Below, one piece after another: positions 38,648 to 49,944 of a stretch of 64,000 bases of DNA. A program made the translations under genes and the position numbers. The notes below the pieces were generated by a model. It made no database searches. It was given only the letters and a program-made list of their open reading frames with translations, and was not told where the DNA came from. The stretch's first letter is position 1. The number at the start of each line of letters is the position of its first letter. This stretch comes from Octopus sinensis (taxonomy: Eukaryota): assembly GCF_006345805.1 (NCBI RefSeq), contig NC_043011.1, forward strand, positions 8,246,001-8,310,000, read 5' to 3'.

Positions 38648-39515
38648 CGAGGTCTGATCAAAAAGTAGCCGGACTGCTGCCATAGTAACGAAGCTGAAGC
38701 GCATAGAGAGAAGCCAGATTGACCCAGATTGACCTTGGACTAAGTTTTACTTCCGCTGCTTACAGCAGTGCTTGGAAAGGAAGGGTGTAGCGTACGATCA
38801 TCGCATTGACCGTGACAGAGAAAGTTGTCATGGTCATAGCTGCTGAAAGACGTGTGTAAAGTTGCAGAAAGTGTATGGAGAGGGGAGTGTATGAGTGGCA
38901 CACAAGTGTACGATTGGTTCAAACGCTTTCCAAGATGGCTGGAAAAAGTCGAAGTTGGGAAACGTTCCGGGAGACCCGCAACCAGCAGAATTGAGAAAAA
39001 CATCGCAGATGTTCATGCAGCTGTGAGGGGAAATGGTCGAACCACCTTCTGCGAGTTATCAGGAGAGGTTGTGCAGATTAGTTACAGTTCTGTTCAGTCC
39101 ATTATCACTGAAGATTTAGATGTGAGACTCGTGACTGCCAAGTTTGAGCCAAAACTGCTTCCAACTGACCAAAAAGATACTCGGGTTTCAGTTGCATAAG
39201 ACCTCCTTGATTGTGTCGAGAATGATGAAAACTCCGAAGACTTTGCGTAGGCCTCTGAGCACGCATCGCCAGCCTTTTGACAAAATATGATGCAGATTCT
39301 CTTCTCAACTTTCTCTGTCGTGGTCAATGTGACGGACAGACGCCACACACGATACTCCCAAGCACTGCTGCAAACGGTGGAAGTAAGCTAGAACGTGAAA
39401 GCATCATGTACATGGATAGCAGAGTTCAAGATCAATCAGTACCAAGCGGCTTTACTCTAACTACTTTAGCTTCGTTATTATGGCAACGGTCCGGATACTT
39501 AATGATCAGACCACG
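38648..39515 (+). mobile_element. Mariner-like DNA transposon derivative with TIRs and TA flanks
   Basis: Left end TA-CGAGGTCTGATCAAAAAGTAGCCGGAC; right end GTCCGGATACTTAATGATCAGACCACG-TA. The plus ORF remnant VYDWFKRF...RSGRP...AKFEPKLL is the mariner HTH/WVPxxL region. 39236-39515 is an inverted 5' end encoding EKRICIIFCQK. Confidence 0.8.
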
Positions 39516-40712
39516 TATATCCCATTCATAAACACACGACCAACGATCATACAAACACGAACCTACTCCCTTTCTCTCTATCTCTGTCTCTTACCGTTAC
39601 CGCCACACACGAAACTAAATAAAAATAAACTGGCACACCTTGAATGACGAGAGCACAACAACGTAGATACAATTACTTTCTGGGTTTCCTTGTTGTGGCC
39701 TACCTTGTATCGTCTTGAAAGACTGTTGGGAAGACAAGTGTACATTTTTGCCTACTACGAACGGGTAGGAACTTCTCCCACCCGCTGGCACTCGTTGTCG
39801 TAAACACCGCCAGCCCACACCAGGCCTGCCAACACACCCGTCGAAAGCAGCATAAAATAAAAAAAAAGAAAAAGTAAAGATACTTTCAACGAGTAACAAT
39901 GCTGTCAGGTCAGCTCAAGCCATGCGGAAGCAGTTGAGAAATTATTTCAAATACGTAGACTTAAGAATATGAACCGAAAACTTTGTTGTTGTTGTTGTTG
40001 TGGCGGCATTGTTTTCGTTGTTTGTTGTTTGTAGTTCATTGTTTAGGTTTTCTGTTTCATTTTTCGTGTTCTCTTCTATTTTATCTTTAGCTATATTTAT
40101 TTCCTTTTTCGTATTTTTGTTTTTTTTGTTTTTGCATTCTCTCCCCGTTCAGATCTTATTCACATAGACATTGTTGTCATAGCTTTCAAGTAATTGAATT
40201 AATTTTCTTTTTAAAAAAATCTCTTATTGAGCACTCATAGTAAAATTACAGCGAATTTTGACGTTTTTCTGCTTAAACATTGTTTTACGTTTTTGTATTT
40301 TAAGATTTTTACATTTATTGCATTTTGACTTTTGTAAGCTATTTTTCTTTTCTATTTGGCCTTTGTAGATGCATTTGAGTATGTCCTCTGAAGCATATGT
40401 TCATTATCAACACACAGGAATACTTACACACATACACACACATAAAGTGATACCCATAGTGTAGTGAAATAATGAGATCAATGATGGAAACATTAAAAAA
40501 ATTGTTTGAGCTGTTGCTTGGCAATCAAGCCATTTTTTTTTGTTTGTTTTGCGTGTTTGCTGGGCTTAATGAATTTCGTATATTGTGGCTCCTTTCTTTC
40601 CTCTTTTCCGTTTACGTTTTCATTTCTTTTATCATTTGTTCCTTCTCTTTATCTCTTTATCTCATTTCCATTCACCATCTCGTACTCTACGGGAATTCTA
40701 TATATGTGTATG

Positions 40713-40760
<48 letters not shown>

Positions 40761-40809
40761 GTGTGTGTGTTTGTGTGTCAATGCCATAATATCGTCAGTC
40801 GTTACAGCC

Positions 40810-40847
40810 TTGATGAACCCGTCTAGTTATAGGCGAAACTCAGAGTA
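40810..40847 (+). ncRNA. Decayed hammerhead-like motif
   Basis: (C)UUGAUGA-ACCC-GUCUA-GUUA-UAGGC-GAA-ACUC-A-GAGU-A. Stems II and III pair, but stem I is absent and there is a 4-nt insertion. Confidence 0.3.
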
Positions 40848-41782
40848 ATAAAAAAGTGGTTGACCCACAATGAAAGTATTCATGCTCACTGTGATACCGA
40901 GTTCCCTTTCTTCTGACAGCAAGCACTAAGATATGCGTGTGTAGTATATATATACACACATACACACACGCTAATATCGAACAGTTAGGATGGGTGTTCA
41001 ACACTCCATTGATGGATAGATATTCTTTATATGCGGGTTAACAAGGCTACTATTGGTTTCATGCCGAGAGAAGATTTCTCAGCAATTATCAAACCTGCCG
41101 CATGAGATATATATTGTGTGCTACGGTAATAGCTACTTCCCTGAATAATTAATAATGTTTCGTTAATTTAATTATATACAATATACCTGCTGATTTCAAA
41201 CAGCGTGGTAGTTAATTTTGCTTTTTATCTTTCCCAGTTCGATTAAACAGGTACCAGTTATGCACTGGGAAACGTCACAATAACCATCTCTGTCGTACCC
41301 AGAAAGACATAATACCGTGCATTTAACATTATTTGCCTACGACCAGAAAAGACTAATTACATTGTTGAGTGATTGTATCTTTGTATAGCTGAGGACAATA
41401 ATAATGCGATGTTTTCCATAGAATAATGTTGGAAATATATTTGTCTTGTGGTGGCAGAACAAGCTTCAAGCGACATATTTGAGCTAACGGCTGTGCAAGG
41501 ATAAGTTTTCTAAAATATTTAAGGACATTCGAAGGATTGCTTTGGTCCATTAGTAACACGTCTGTCCTTTATTTTACAAGAGATTTTGATTCAAGTTCCA
41601 AGGGTAGCCATAAACTCTTTCAATCCAAAGGCTTTATAACCCCATAATTACACAATGATGTTTATAGATTTTCTACCTCAAGATCCATTGTCTCCCCCAA
41701 GAAACCCCCAATTATTTCACGTTCTCTCGAAGTTTGCAAAGTCCTATGGCTTCGCCTAAATAATATATATATATATATATAT

Positions 41783-41959
41783 CCGGGACCCCCTTCGGTC
41801 ACGACACTGACCATGGGATTGCACCTAGAAAGTTACCCTCCTGGTCACAAGTCGGGGCATGGTTGTTTATGGAAGACCAGCAGTCGCCCATGCATACCGG
41901 CCTCCCCTCTCCACGCCACCAGTGTTATCCAAGGGAAAGACAAAGGTCGATACAGCTTG
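41783..41959 (-). mobile_element. SINE family D 3' fragment
   Basis: CTTCGGTCACGACACTGACCATGGGATTGCACCTAGAAAGTTACCCTC is shared with 61126-61475. Confidence 0.75.
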
Positions 41960-42225
41960 CCCGCATCTGTGTTTCCTGCCGAGAGGTAGGCTCATCTGGA
42001 ACCCCTGACAAGAAGAGATCCAGTTTAGTTTTAAAGAAACCCACATCCACACCATGCAGGTCTCTCAGGCATTTAGGAAGGATATTGAAGAGCTGTGGTC
42101 CCCTGAAACCCAACTGTTGCAGTATCTGGTCCTATATTTTGATGGTGATGTTGGGATCTTTGGCACCATGCAGTGGCGCCCCGTTCTGCTGTTGGGGTGA
42201 CTTTGAATGCCAAAATTCGGGACAT
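41960..42225 (-). mobile_element. CR1/Jockey-group LINE fragment (RT C-terminal tail)
   Basis: Frameshift-joined RTGRHCMVPKIPT...RYCNS/GFRGPQLFNILPKCLRDLHG..FFKTKLDLFLSGVPDEP matches the GPxLFNxLP...FKxKLDxFL...PD pattern. Confidence 0.7.
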
Positions 42226-42583
42226 GTATGCATGTATGTATGTACATACATACAATCATAATACATACATACATACATTCATACATACATACATACATAC
42301 ATACATACATACATACATACATACATACATACATACATACATACACTCACACACATGCATGCTTCTGTATTCATCGCAAAGTAAAACCATCCTACTGATA
42401 GTGACTAAGTACATTAGAGTCGTAACATCACGTTCAACATTTGATATGAATGATCAAGTTACAAGTGCTGAAAATCAATATGTCCGCATTAACCACTAAT
42501 CACGACTCAACAGAAGTGTGAAACAAGAAGCAAAAAAAAAGGCGCCAAATACGAAGACGACATAGTAAATGTTTAAATGTTGA

Positions 42584-42875
42584 TTGTGGCCTAGTGGTTA
42601 GAGCAGAATACTCACGGTCGAGCGATCGCGGGTTCGAAACTCAGACCGGGCGATGTGTGTGTTTATGAGCGAAACACCTAAGCTCCACGCGGCTCCAGCA
42701 GAAGGTAATTGCGAACTTCTTTCACCACAACTTTCTCTCACCCTTTCCTCTTGCATCTTGCAGCTCACCTGCGACGGACTGGCGTCCCGTCCAGGTGGGG
42801 AACCTATACGCCAAGGAAACCGGGAAACCGGCCCTATGAGCCAGGCATGGCTCGATAAGGAACAAACAAAACAAA
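42584..42875 (+). mobile_element. SINE family C, short-tail variant
   Basis: TGGCCTAGTGGTTAGAGC A-box and GGTTCGAAACTC B-box. Tail shared with 6402-6695. Confidence 0.8.
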
Positions 42876-43338
42876 TGTTGATAGCGTAATGCAGAATATA
42901 AATGCGGCAAGGATGTTCACTTCGAGGCTACGTGAATGCTAGTTTCACATATTCGTTGTTAACTCTTTATATCTCGAGTGCGACGAGGCGGACATTTCCC
43001 TACGAAATCACCGCGTAGGGGTTCTTTTTTTTCTCTCACATTATTTTCCATGTGGTTTGGGGTTAAGAATCCTGATTGAATGAAAATATGGGGAGTAAAA
43101 CTTAGGAAATGCAAACGGAAGTATAAAATGAAAAGCAATGATGAAAGAATAGTGTTAAAAAAAATATGAAAGATATTGGAAGAGATAAAATATAGAACGA
43201 AAGGAAATGAGTGAATGACAAGGATAAATTGAATGGGAAGAGGTACTAAAATGAAGGAGTTTTGTGAAAGAACAATTTGAAAAGAGACACTTTGAAAATT
43301 AAACAAGTTAAATGATTAGGGATGGGGTAATGAAAGGA

Positions 43339-43369
<31 letters not shown>

Positions 43370-43628
43370 GCAATTAAGGACAACTACTTAATAAGGAAAA
43401 CTTAACAAGAAATTGTCAGGTAGATAGCGTAAAAACCTCATAAGAGAAAAAATTTCGAAAATAATTATTTCTTATTGAAACATATAATTTATATATAGAG
43501 GGCATTATACATACATGCCAGGAGGCATTCTACATACACGCCATACGCTAAGAGGGACAATCAGTCATTTCTACCAAAAATATTACTAATCCTACCGAAT
43601 GCAATTTTTCAAAGAAAGACATTTAAAA

Positions 43629-43690
43629 ATATATAGACCTGTATCACAGTGATTTCATACTTACGTAATCATCAGCAGGCCTGAATATAC
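43629..43690 (-). ncRNA. Type I hammerhead ribozyme, unit 1
   Basis: GUAUAU-UC-AGGCCUG-CUGAUGA-UUAC-GUAA-GUAU-GAA-AUCAC-U-GUGAU-A|CAGGUCU-AUAUAU. The CUGAUGA, GAAA and UH core elements are intact. Predicted cleavage between 43642 and 43641. Confidence 0.88.
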
Positions 43691-44108
43691 TATAATAAAC
43701 AACGACCCTGCTTCGCTTAAGCCGATCAGCTAATTGATCAACATCAACGAAGCACATGGGTGAATTTATATATACTATATCCGGATGAATGGCAAACTTT
43801 TACGAATTGCATTTCGGGAGAGGAAAAGTTTTTTCGGAATAAAAATTTAGCAATTAAGGACAACTACTTAATAAGGAAAACTTAACAAGAAATTGTCAGG
43901 TAGATAGCGTAAAAACCTCATAAGAGAAAAAATTTCGAAAATAATTATTTCTTATTGAACATATTAATTTATATATAGAGGGCATTATACATACATGCCA
44001 GGAGGCATTCTACATACACGCCATACGCTAAGAGGGACAATCAGTCATTTCTACCAAAAATATTACTAATCCTACCGAATGCAATTTTTCAAAGAAAGAC
44101 ATTTAAAA

Positions 44109-44170
44109 ATATATAGACCTGTATCACAGTGATTTCATACTTACGTAATCATCAGCAGGCCTGAATATAC
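44109..44170 (-). ncRNA. Type I hammerhead ribozyme, unit 2
   Basis: Identical to unit 1. Predicted cleavage between 44122 and 44121. Confidence 0.88.
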
Positions 44171-44588
44171 TATAATAAACAACGACCCTGCTTCGCTTAA
44201 GCCGATCAGCTAATTGATCAACATCAACGAAGCACATGGGTGAATTTATATATACTATATCCGGATGAATGGCAAACTTTTACGAATTGCATTTCGGGAG
44301 AGGAAAAGTTTTTTCGGAATAAAAATTTAGCAATTAAGGACAACTACTTAATAAGGAAAACTTAACAAGAAATTGTCAGGTAGATAGCGTAAAAACCTCA
44401 TAAGAGAAAAAATTTCGAAAATAATTATTTCTTATTGAACATATTAATTTATATATAGAGGGCATTATACATACATGCCAGGAGGCATTCTACATACACG
44501 CCATACGCTAAGAGGGACAATCAGTCATTTCTACCAAAAATATTACTAATCCTACCGAATGCAATTTTTCAAAGAAAGACATTTAAAA

Positions 44589-44650
44589 ATATATAGACCT
44601 GTATCACAGTGATTTCATACTTACGTAATCATCAGCAGGCCTGAATATAC
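44589..44650 (-). ncRNA. Type I hammerhead ribozyme, unit 3
   Basis: Identical to unit 1. Predicted cleavage between 44602 and 44601. Confidence 0.88.
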
Positions 44651-44893
44651 TATAAATAAACAACGACCTGCTTCGCTTAAGCCGATCAGCTAATTGATCA
44701 ACATCAACGAAGCACATGGGTGAATTTATATATACTATATCCGGATGAATGGCAAACTTTTACGAATTGCATTTCGGAGAGAGGAAAAGTTTTTTCGGAA
44801 TAAAAATTTAGCAATTAAGGACAACTACTTAATAAGGAAAACTTAACAAGAAATTGTCAGGTAGATAGCGTAAAAACCTCATAAGAGAAAAAA

Positions 44894-44933
<40 letters not shown>

Positions 44934-45076
44934 CATACATATATACATACATATCTATAAGAAGAAGGAGAAGAAGAAGAAGAAGAAGAAGAAGATGAAG
45001 AATGAAAGAGAAGGAAGGGGGAGTAAATGGTTAATACTTGTAAATTATTGGGTGAAACAAATAAATGTAATATGGC

Positions 45077-45182
<106 letters not shown>

Positions 45183-46669
45183 GAGAATAATAAAATAAGA
45201 AGGAAAGAATGGAAAAGATTTCGGGAGTAAAGATGGGATGAATGAAAAAAGGCAGGACAGAAGGGAAGAAATAATGAACGAAATAGAGGAGAGAATAAAA
45301 AGTTAGAAATGAAAATGGATGAAAATAGGTGAGAGAGATGAATGATATTATAAAGAAAAAGAAGATAAGAAAGGAAAGAAGAGTAAGAAAAATGAAAGAA
45401 CAAAACAGAAGGAAAAAAAAGAATGAAAAATTAGAAAAGATAGAAAGACAGTACAAGATGAAGGAAAATGAAGTTAAAAGGAGTAAAAGAAAAGAAACGA
45501 TATTTTTGGAATGAAATGAAAGAAACAGATAGGAGAGAGAGGGGAGGAGGAGAGTGGGGGGAGGAGAGTGAAGGAAAGAACGAGGAAAAGAAGAGAGATA
45601 GATGAAATGAAGGAAACACCAATTGAAATAACAGACCTAAATACCATAAGCTCCATATTTAAAGTACTGATGTCTCATTGATGTTGGGTGTAACATACAC
45701 ACACACAAACATTACATGTGTGTGTGTGTGTATGTATTTATTGTGCGTGTTTTTGTGCAAAGAGCTTCATCTGTTTATTATCAAATTTGTCCCAAGCCAC
45801 CATGACCATCATCGCGCAATTTATACGTACCTAATGCTATTCACAGTAACAGTGGAGATGGTGATGATAGTAGTAGTAGTAGTATTAGTAGTAGTAATGG
45901 TAGTAATAGCAGTTATAGTAGTAATAGTAGTAGTAGCAGTTGTAGTAGTAGTAGTAGTAGTAGCAGTACTAGTTGTAGCAGCAGTTGTAGTACTAATAGT
46001 AGTAGTAGTAGTAGTAGTAGTAGTTGTTGTTGTAGCAGCAGCAGTTGTACTACTACTACTAATAATAGTAGTAGTAGTAGTAGTAGTAGGAACTGTGGTG
46101 GTGTAAAAGATAAAAATCTGAAATGACCGCCACGTCCCATGCTGTTAACTTCTTTTCTTTTTCTTGCGGATACTCGATATTCTTTATGACTCCAAATAGT
46201 CTCTTTGTGCGTGTGGAGTGTCTCTGTCTCGATGGAATTGTTGGAGCACAAAGTGGACGAATCTCAATACCCACGATCATCTTCAAGCCCCTTGAATCCG
46301 TTAGGATGAAGGGTGGAACTTGTTTACAGAACGAAGAACCCCAGTCCGAATGTTTTGCAACAATGGGCTCCGTGCAAGTCAAACCGGATGATGGATTTGA
46401 TGCACAGGCAAGGGAAACTTACGGCCCACTGCTGAATGGGTTTGGACATATTTTCTGCTGCCAGATGTCAATGCCAAAGCCCTTTAGTCGATTCGAAGTC
46501 CATGGTACCGTGCAGAAAGATCGAACTTGATTCTGCGATTTAGTTTTACCTGATTGCTATTCTGAGATTTTAAATCTATGTAAAGTGAGTGAGAAATGAA
46601 GGAAAAAGTTAAAAGAAAATCTTGAGGCGGAAACAAATCAGGTGTAAGAAAATAAATGAAAGGGTGAAG

Positions 46670-47140
46670 AATGTGTGTGTGTGTGTGTCTGTATGTATAT
46701 GTGTGTGTCTGTGTGTGTGTATGTGTGTGTATATGTGTGTGTATGTGCGTGTGTGTATGTGTGTGTGTGTGTATGTGTGAGTATGTGTGTGTGTGTGTGT
46801 ATGTGTATGTGTGTGTGTGTGCATATGTGTGTGTATGTGTGTGTGTCCGTGTGTGTATGTGTGTGTGCATGTGTGTGTGTATGTGTGTGTGTATATGTGT
46901 GTGTATGTGTGTGTACGTGTGTGTACGTGTGTGTATGTGTGTGTATGTGTGTGTGTACGTGTATGTGTGTGTGTATGTGTGTGTATGTGTGTCTATATGT
47001 GTGTATGTATGTGTATGTGTGTGTGTATGTGTGTGTGTACGTGTGTGTGTATGTGTGTGTGCATGTGTGTGTATGTGTGTGAATGTGTGAGTATGTGTGT
47101 GTGTATGTGCGCGCGTGTGTGTGTGTATGTGTGTGTGTGT
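46670..47140. repeat. Long complex (TG)n/(TATG)n microsatellite
   Basis: Seen directly. Source of the CV/HT ORFs. Confidence 0.95.
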
Positions 47141-47270
47141 TATTAACCCTGTATCACTTTTGTGGTCAGCTCTACGAGCAAATATGATGATGCTATGCAC
47201 TTTCATGACTAATCCTTAGCCTCAAACTCAGATCGTTCCGTCTGTTTATTTATTTATTTATTTATTTGAT

Positions 47271-47683
47271 GGCGCAGGTGTGGCTGTGTGGTAAGTAGCT
47301 TGCTTACCAACCACATCGTTCCGGGTTCATTCCCACTGCGTGGCACCTTGAGCAGTTGTCTTCTACTATAGCCTCGGGCCGACCAAAGCTTTGTGAGTGA
47401 ATTTGGTAGACAGAAACTGAAAGAAGCCCATCGTACATGTATATATATATATATGTATGTGTGTGTATATATTTGTGTGTCCGTGTTTGTCCCCCCCCCA
47501 ACATCGCTTGACAACCAATGGTGGTGTGTTTACGTCCCTGTAACATTAGCGGTTCGGCAAAAGAAACCGTTAGAATAAGTACTAGGCTTACAAAGAATAA
47601 GTCCTGGGGTCGATTTGCTCGACTAAAGGCGGTGCTCCAGCATAGCCGCAGTCAAATGACTGAAACAAGTAAAAGAGTAAGAG
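47271..47683 (+). mobile_element. SINE family B, full length
   Basis: GGCGCAGGTGTGGCTGTGTGGTAAG head through the AAACAAGTAAAAGAGT tail. Confidence 0.92.
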
Positions 47684-47860
47684 TTATTTGTGTATGTGTG
47701 TCTAAGATATCAAAAAATCTTTAACTTTTCCAACTCGAATTTCTTCGGACTTTCAAACGTCCATCTTTGTGATATTTAGGCTGTTTTCGTGGACACATCT
47801 CATATCCAGGGGCAACTCCCGGCCAGGTCAACTTTACATTCCCTCCTGTCTGATGTCGGG

Positions 47861-47864
<4 letters not shown>

Positions 47865-47900
<36 letters not shown>

Positions 47901-47918
47901 TTTCTTTCATTCATTCAT

Positions 47919-47958
<40 letters not shown>

Positions 47959-48249
47959 TCCTCCTTTCTTTCTTTCCTTCATTCTTTCTTTCCTTCTTTC
48001 TTTCCTTCTTTCATTCTTTCTTTCCTCCTTTCTTTCTTTCCTTCTTTCATTCTTTCTTTCCTCCTTTCTTTCTTTCTTTCCTTTTTCCTCCTTTCTTTCT
48101 TTCTTTCTTTCTTTCCTTCGTTCATTCTTTCTTTCCTTCTTTCCTCCTTTCTTTCTTTCTTTCTTTCTTTCCTTCGTTCATTCTTTCTTTCCTCCTTTCT
48201 TTCTTTCTTTCTTTCTTCTTTCTTTCCTTCGTTCATTCTTTCTTTCCTC

Positions 48250-48284
<35 letters not shown>

Positions 48285-48285
48285 G
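47865..48285. repeat. (TTTC)n satellite with higher-order variant blocks
   Basis: Seen directly, including recurring TTCCTTCGTTCATTC blocks. Confidence 0.95.
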
Positions 48286-48655
48286 CTCTCTTTCCTCAAT
48301 AACTGTCCAACGTCCACTAAATGGTGAGTACTAAAAGCAATAGAAGAAAGATAAAGACCATTCCAAAGAAAGCAACATGAGATCACATTTCTAGTCTCTT
48401 ACGAAAATTCTTGGACAGGTGCATAGTATTCTCCGACCAGGTTAGAGCAAAGAAGAAATGAGTAAGATTTCAGGTAGATTGGTTGTTAATTTTGGCAGGT
48501 CGAGTGACCACATAGATGCCCCTCCTTTTTAGATTGTAATGAAATAAAATCTTTATTTTTACTCGTATCACTGGCATCCTTGGCAACGACTTGAATTTCA
48601 CAGCTTTTGGTCCAAAATTTCTTACTGTACATTTCCGCAAATAATAATAATAATG

Positions 48656-48697
<42 letters not shown>

Positions 48698-48784
48698 GCA
48701 ACAACAACAACAACAAAAACAACAACAACAACGACGACAACAACAACAACAACAGCAACGACAATAATGATAACAATATTTCTT

Positions 48785-48990
48785 TCTGCTATAGGCACAA
48801 GGCCTGAAATTTTGGGAGGAAGGGTTAAGTTGATTACATCGACCCCAGTATTCCCCTGGTACTTAATTTGTTGACTCCGAAAGGATAGGAGGCAAACTTG
48901 ACCTCGGCGGAACTTGAACACAGAGCGTGCAGCGGACGAAATGATGCTAAACATTTTGTCCGGCGTGCTAGCGACTTTGCCAGCTCGCCA
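48785..48990 (-). mobile_element. SINE family A ending in an (ATT)n/(GTT)n tract
   Basis: Reverse complement of the family-A head, body and tail. Confidence 0.75.
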
Positions 48991-49046
48991 CATTAAGAAT
49001 GATAATAATAATAATACTAAGACTAAGACTAATAATAATAATAATA

Positions 49047-49080
<34 letters not shown>

Positions 49081-49085
49081 AATAC

Positions 49086-49471
49086 TGGATGGAAGCACTC
49101 CGTCGGTTACGACGATGAGGGTTCCGGTTGATCCGATCAACGGAACAGCCTGCTCGTGAAATTAACGTGTAAGTGGCTGAGCACTCCACAGACATGTGTA
49201 CCCTTAACGTAGTTCTTGGGGAGATTCCACGTGACACAGAGAGTGACAAGGCCGGCCCTTTGAAATACAGGTACAACAGAAACAGGAAGTAAGAGTGAGA
49301 GAAAGTTGTGGTGAAAGAGTACAGCAGGGATCACCACCATCCCCTGCCGGAGCCTCGTGGAGCTATAGGTGTTTTCGCTCAATAAACACTCACAACACCC
49401 GGACTGGGAATCGAAACCGCGATCCTACGACCGCGACTCCGCTGCCCTAACCACTGGGCCATTGCGCCTCC
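49086..49471 (-). mobile_element. SINE family C, full length
   Basis: Near-identical reverse complement of 51675-52062. Confidence 0.92.
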
Positions 49472-49473
49472 AA

Positions 49474-49517
<44 letters not shown>

Positions 49518-49944
49518 TACTACTACTACTAATAATAATAATAATAATAATAATAATCTCAGGCTTCACGCCTATGACGGGAAAAAACAACTATTATTAT
49601 GACACTTTTTTAAAGGGTCGAGAGGCTTTATTCGACAGCCGGATATGTGGAAGCGGCATGGAGAGGTCATCTGTTTGTGCGTGAGAACTTATTGATTTCT
49701 CTGGCAGATAAGAGAAGCTGGTGCTGGAGCAGGGAACACAAGAGATAAGGGCTGTGAGAATTGAGAACTAGTATGATTACATTATGACATATGCTAGGTG
49801 GGATGGGGCCTGGAGTAAAATTAGCTGAACCAGCGACGAAGAACGCATCTAGGGTGGCGTATTGAGGTGGATCACTGGAAGTGTTGAATTTAATTAAACG
49901 GTTTATTATTCCATGCATATAGAGTCTAAAGCATTGATATGTCA

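Larger units (their letters stand above)
43366..44893 (-). mobile_element. Tandem array of about 3.2 x 480-bp units, each with a hammerhead ribozyme (retrozyme- or Penelope-pLTR-like)
   Basis: CAATTAAGGA recurs at 43371, 43851, 44331 and 44812. Units differ only by a few homopolymer indels. Flanked by (TA)n on both sides; no ORF. Confidence 0.9.

Noticed and set aside
42998-43032. Rho-independent terminator-like hairpin CCCTACG/CGTAGGG plus T-run
   Set aside because: The context is eukaryotic with no upstream transcription unit, and there is no CTAG end to make it a Helitron terminus. Probably chance.
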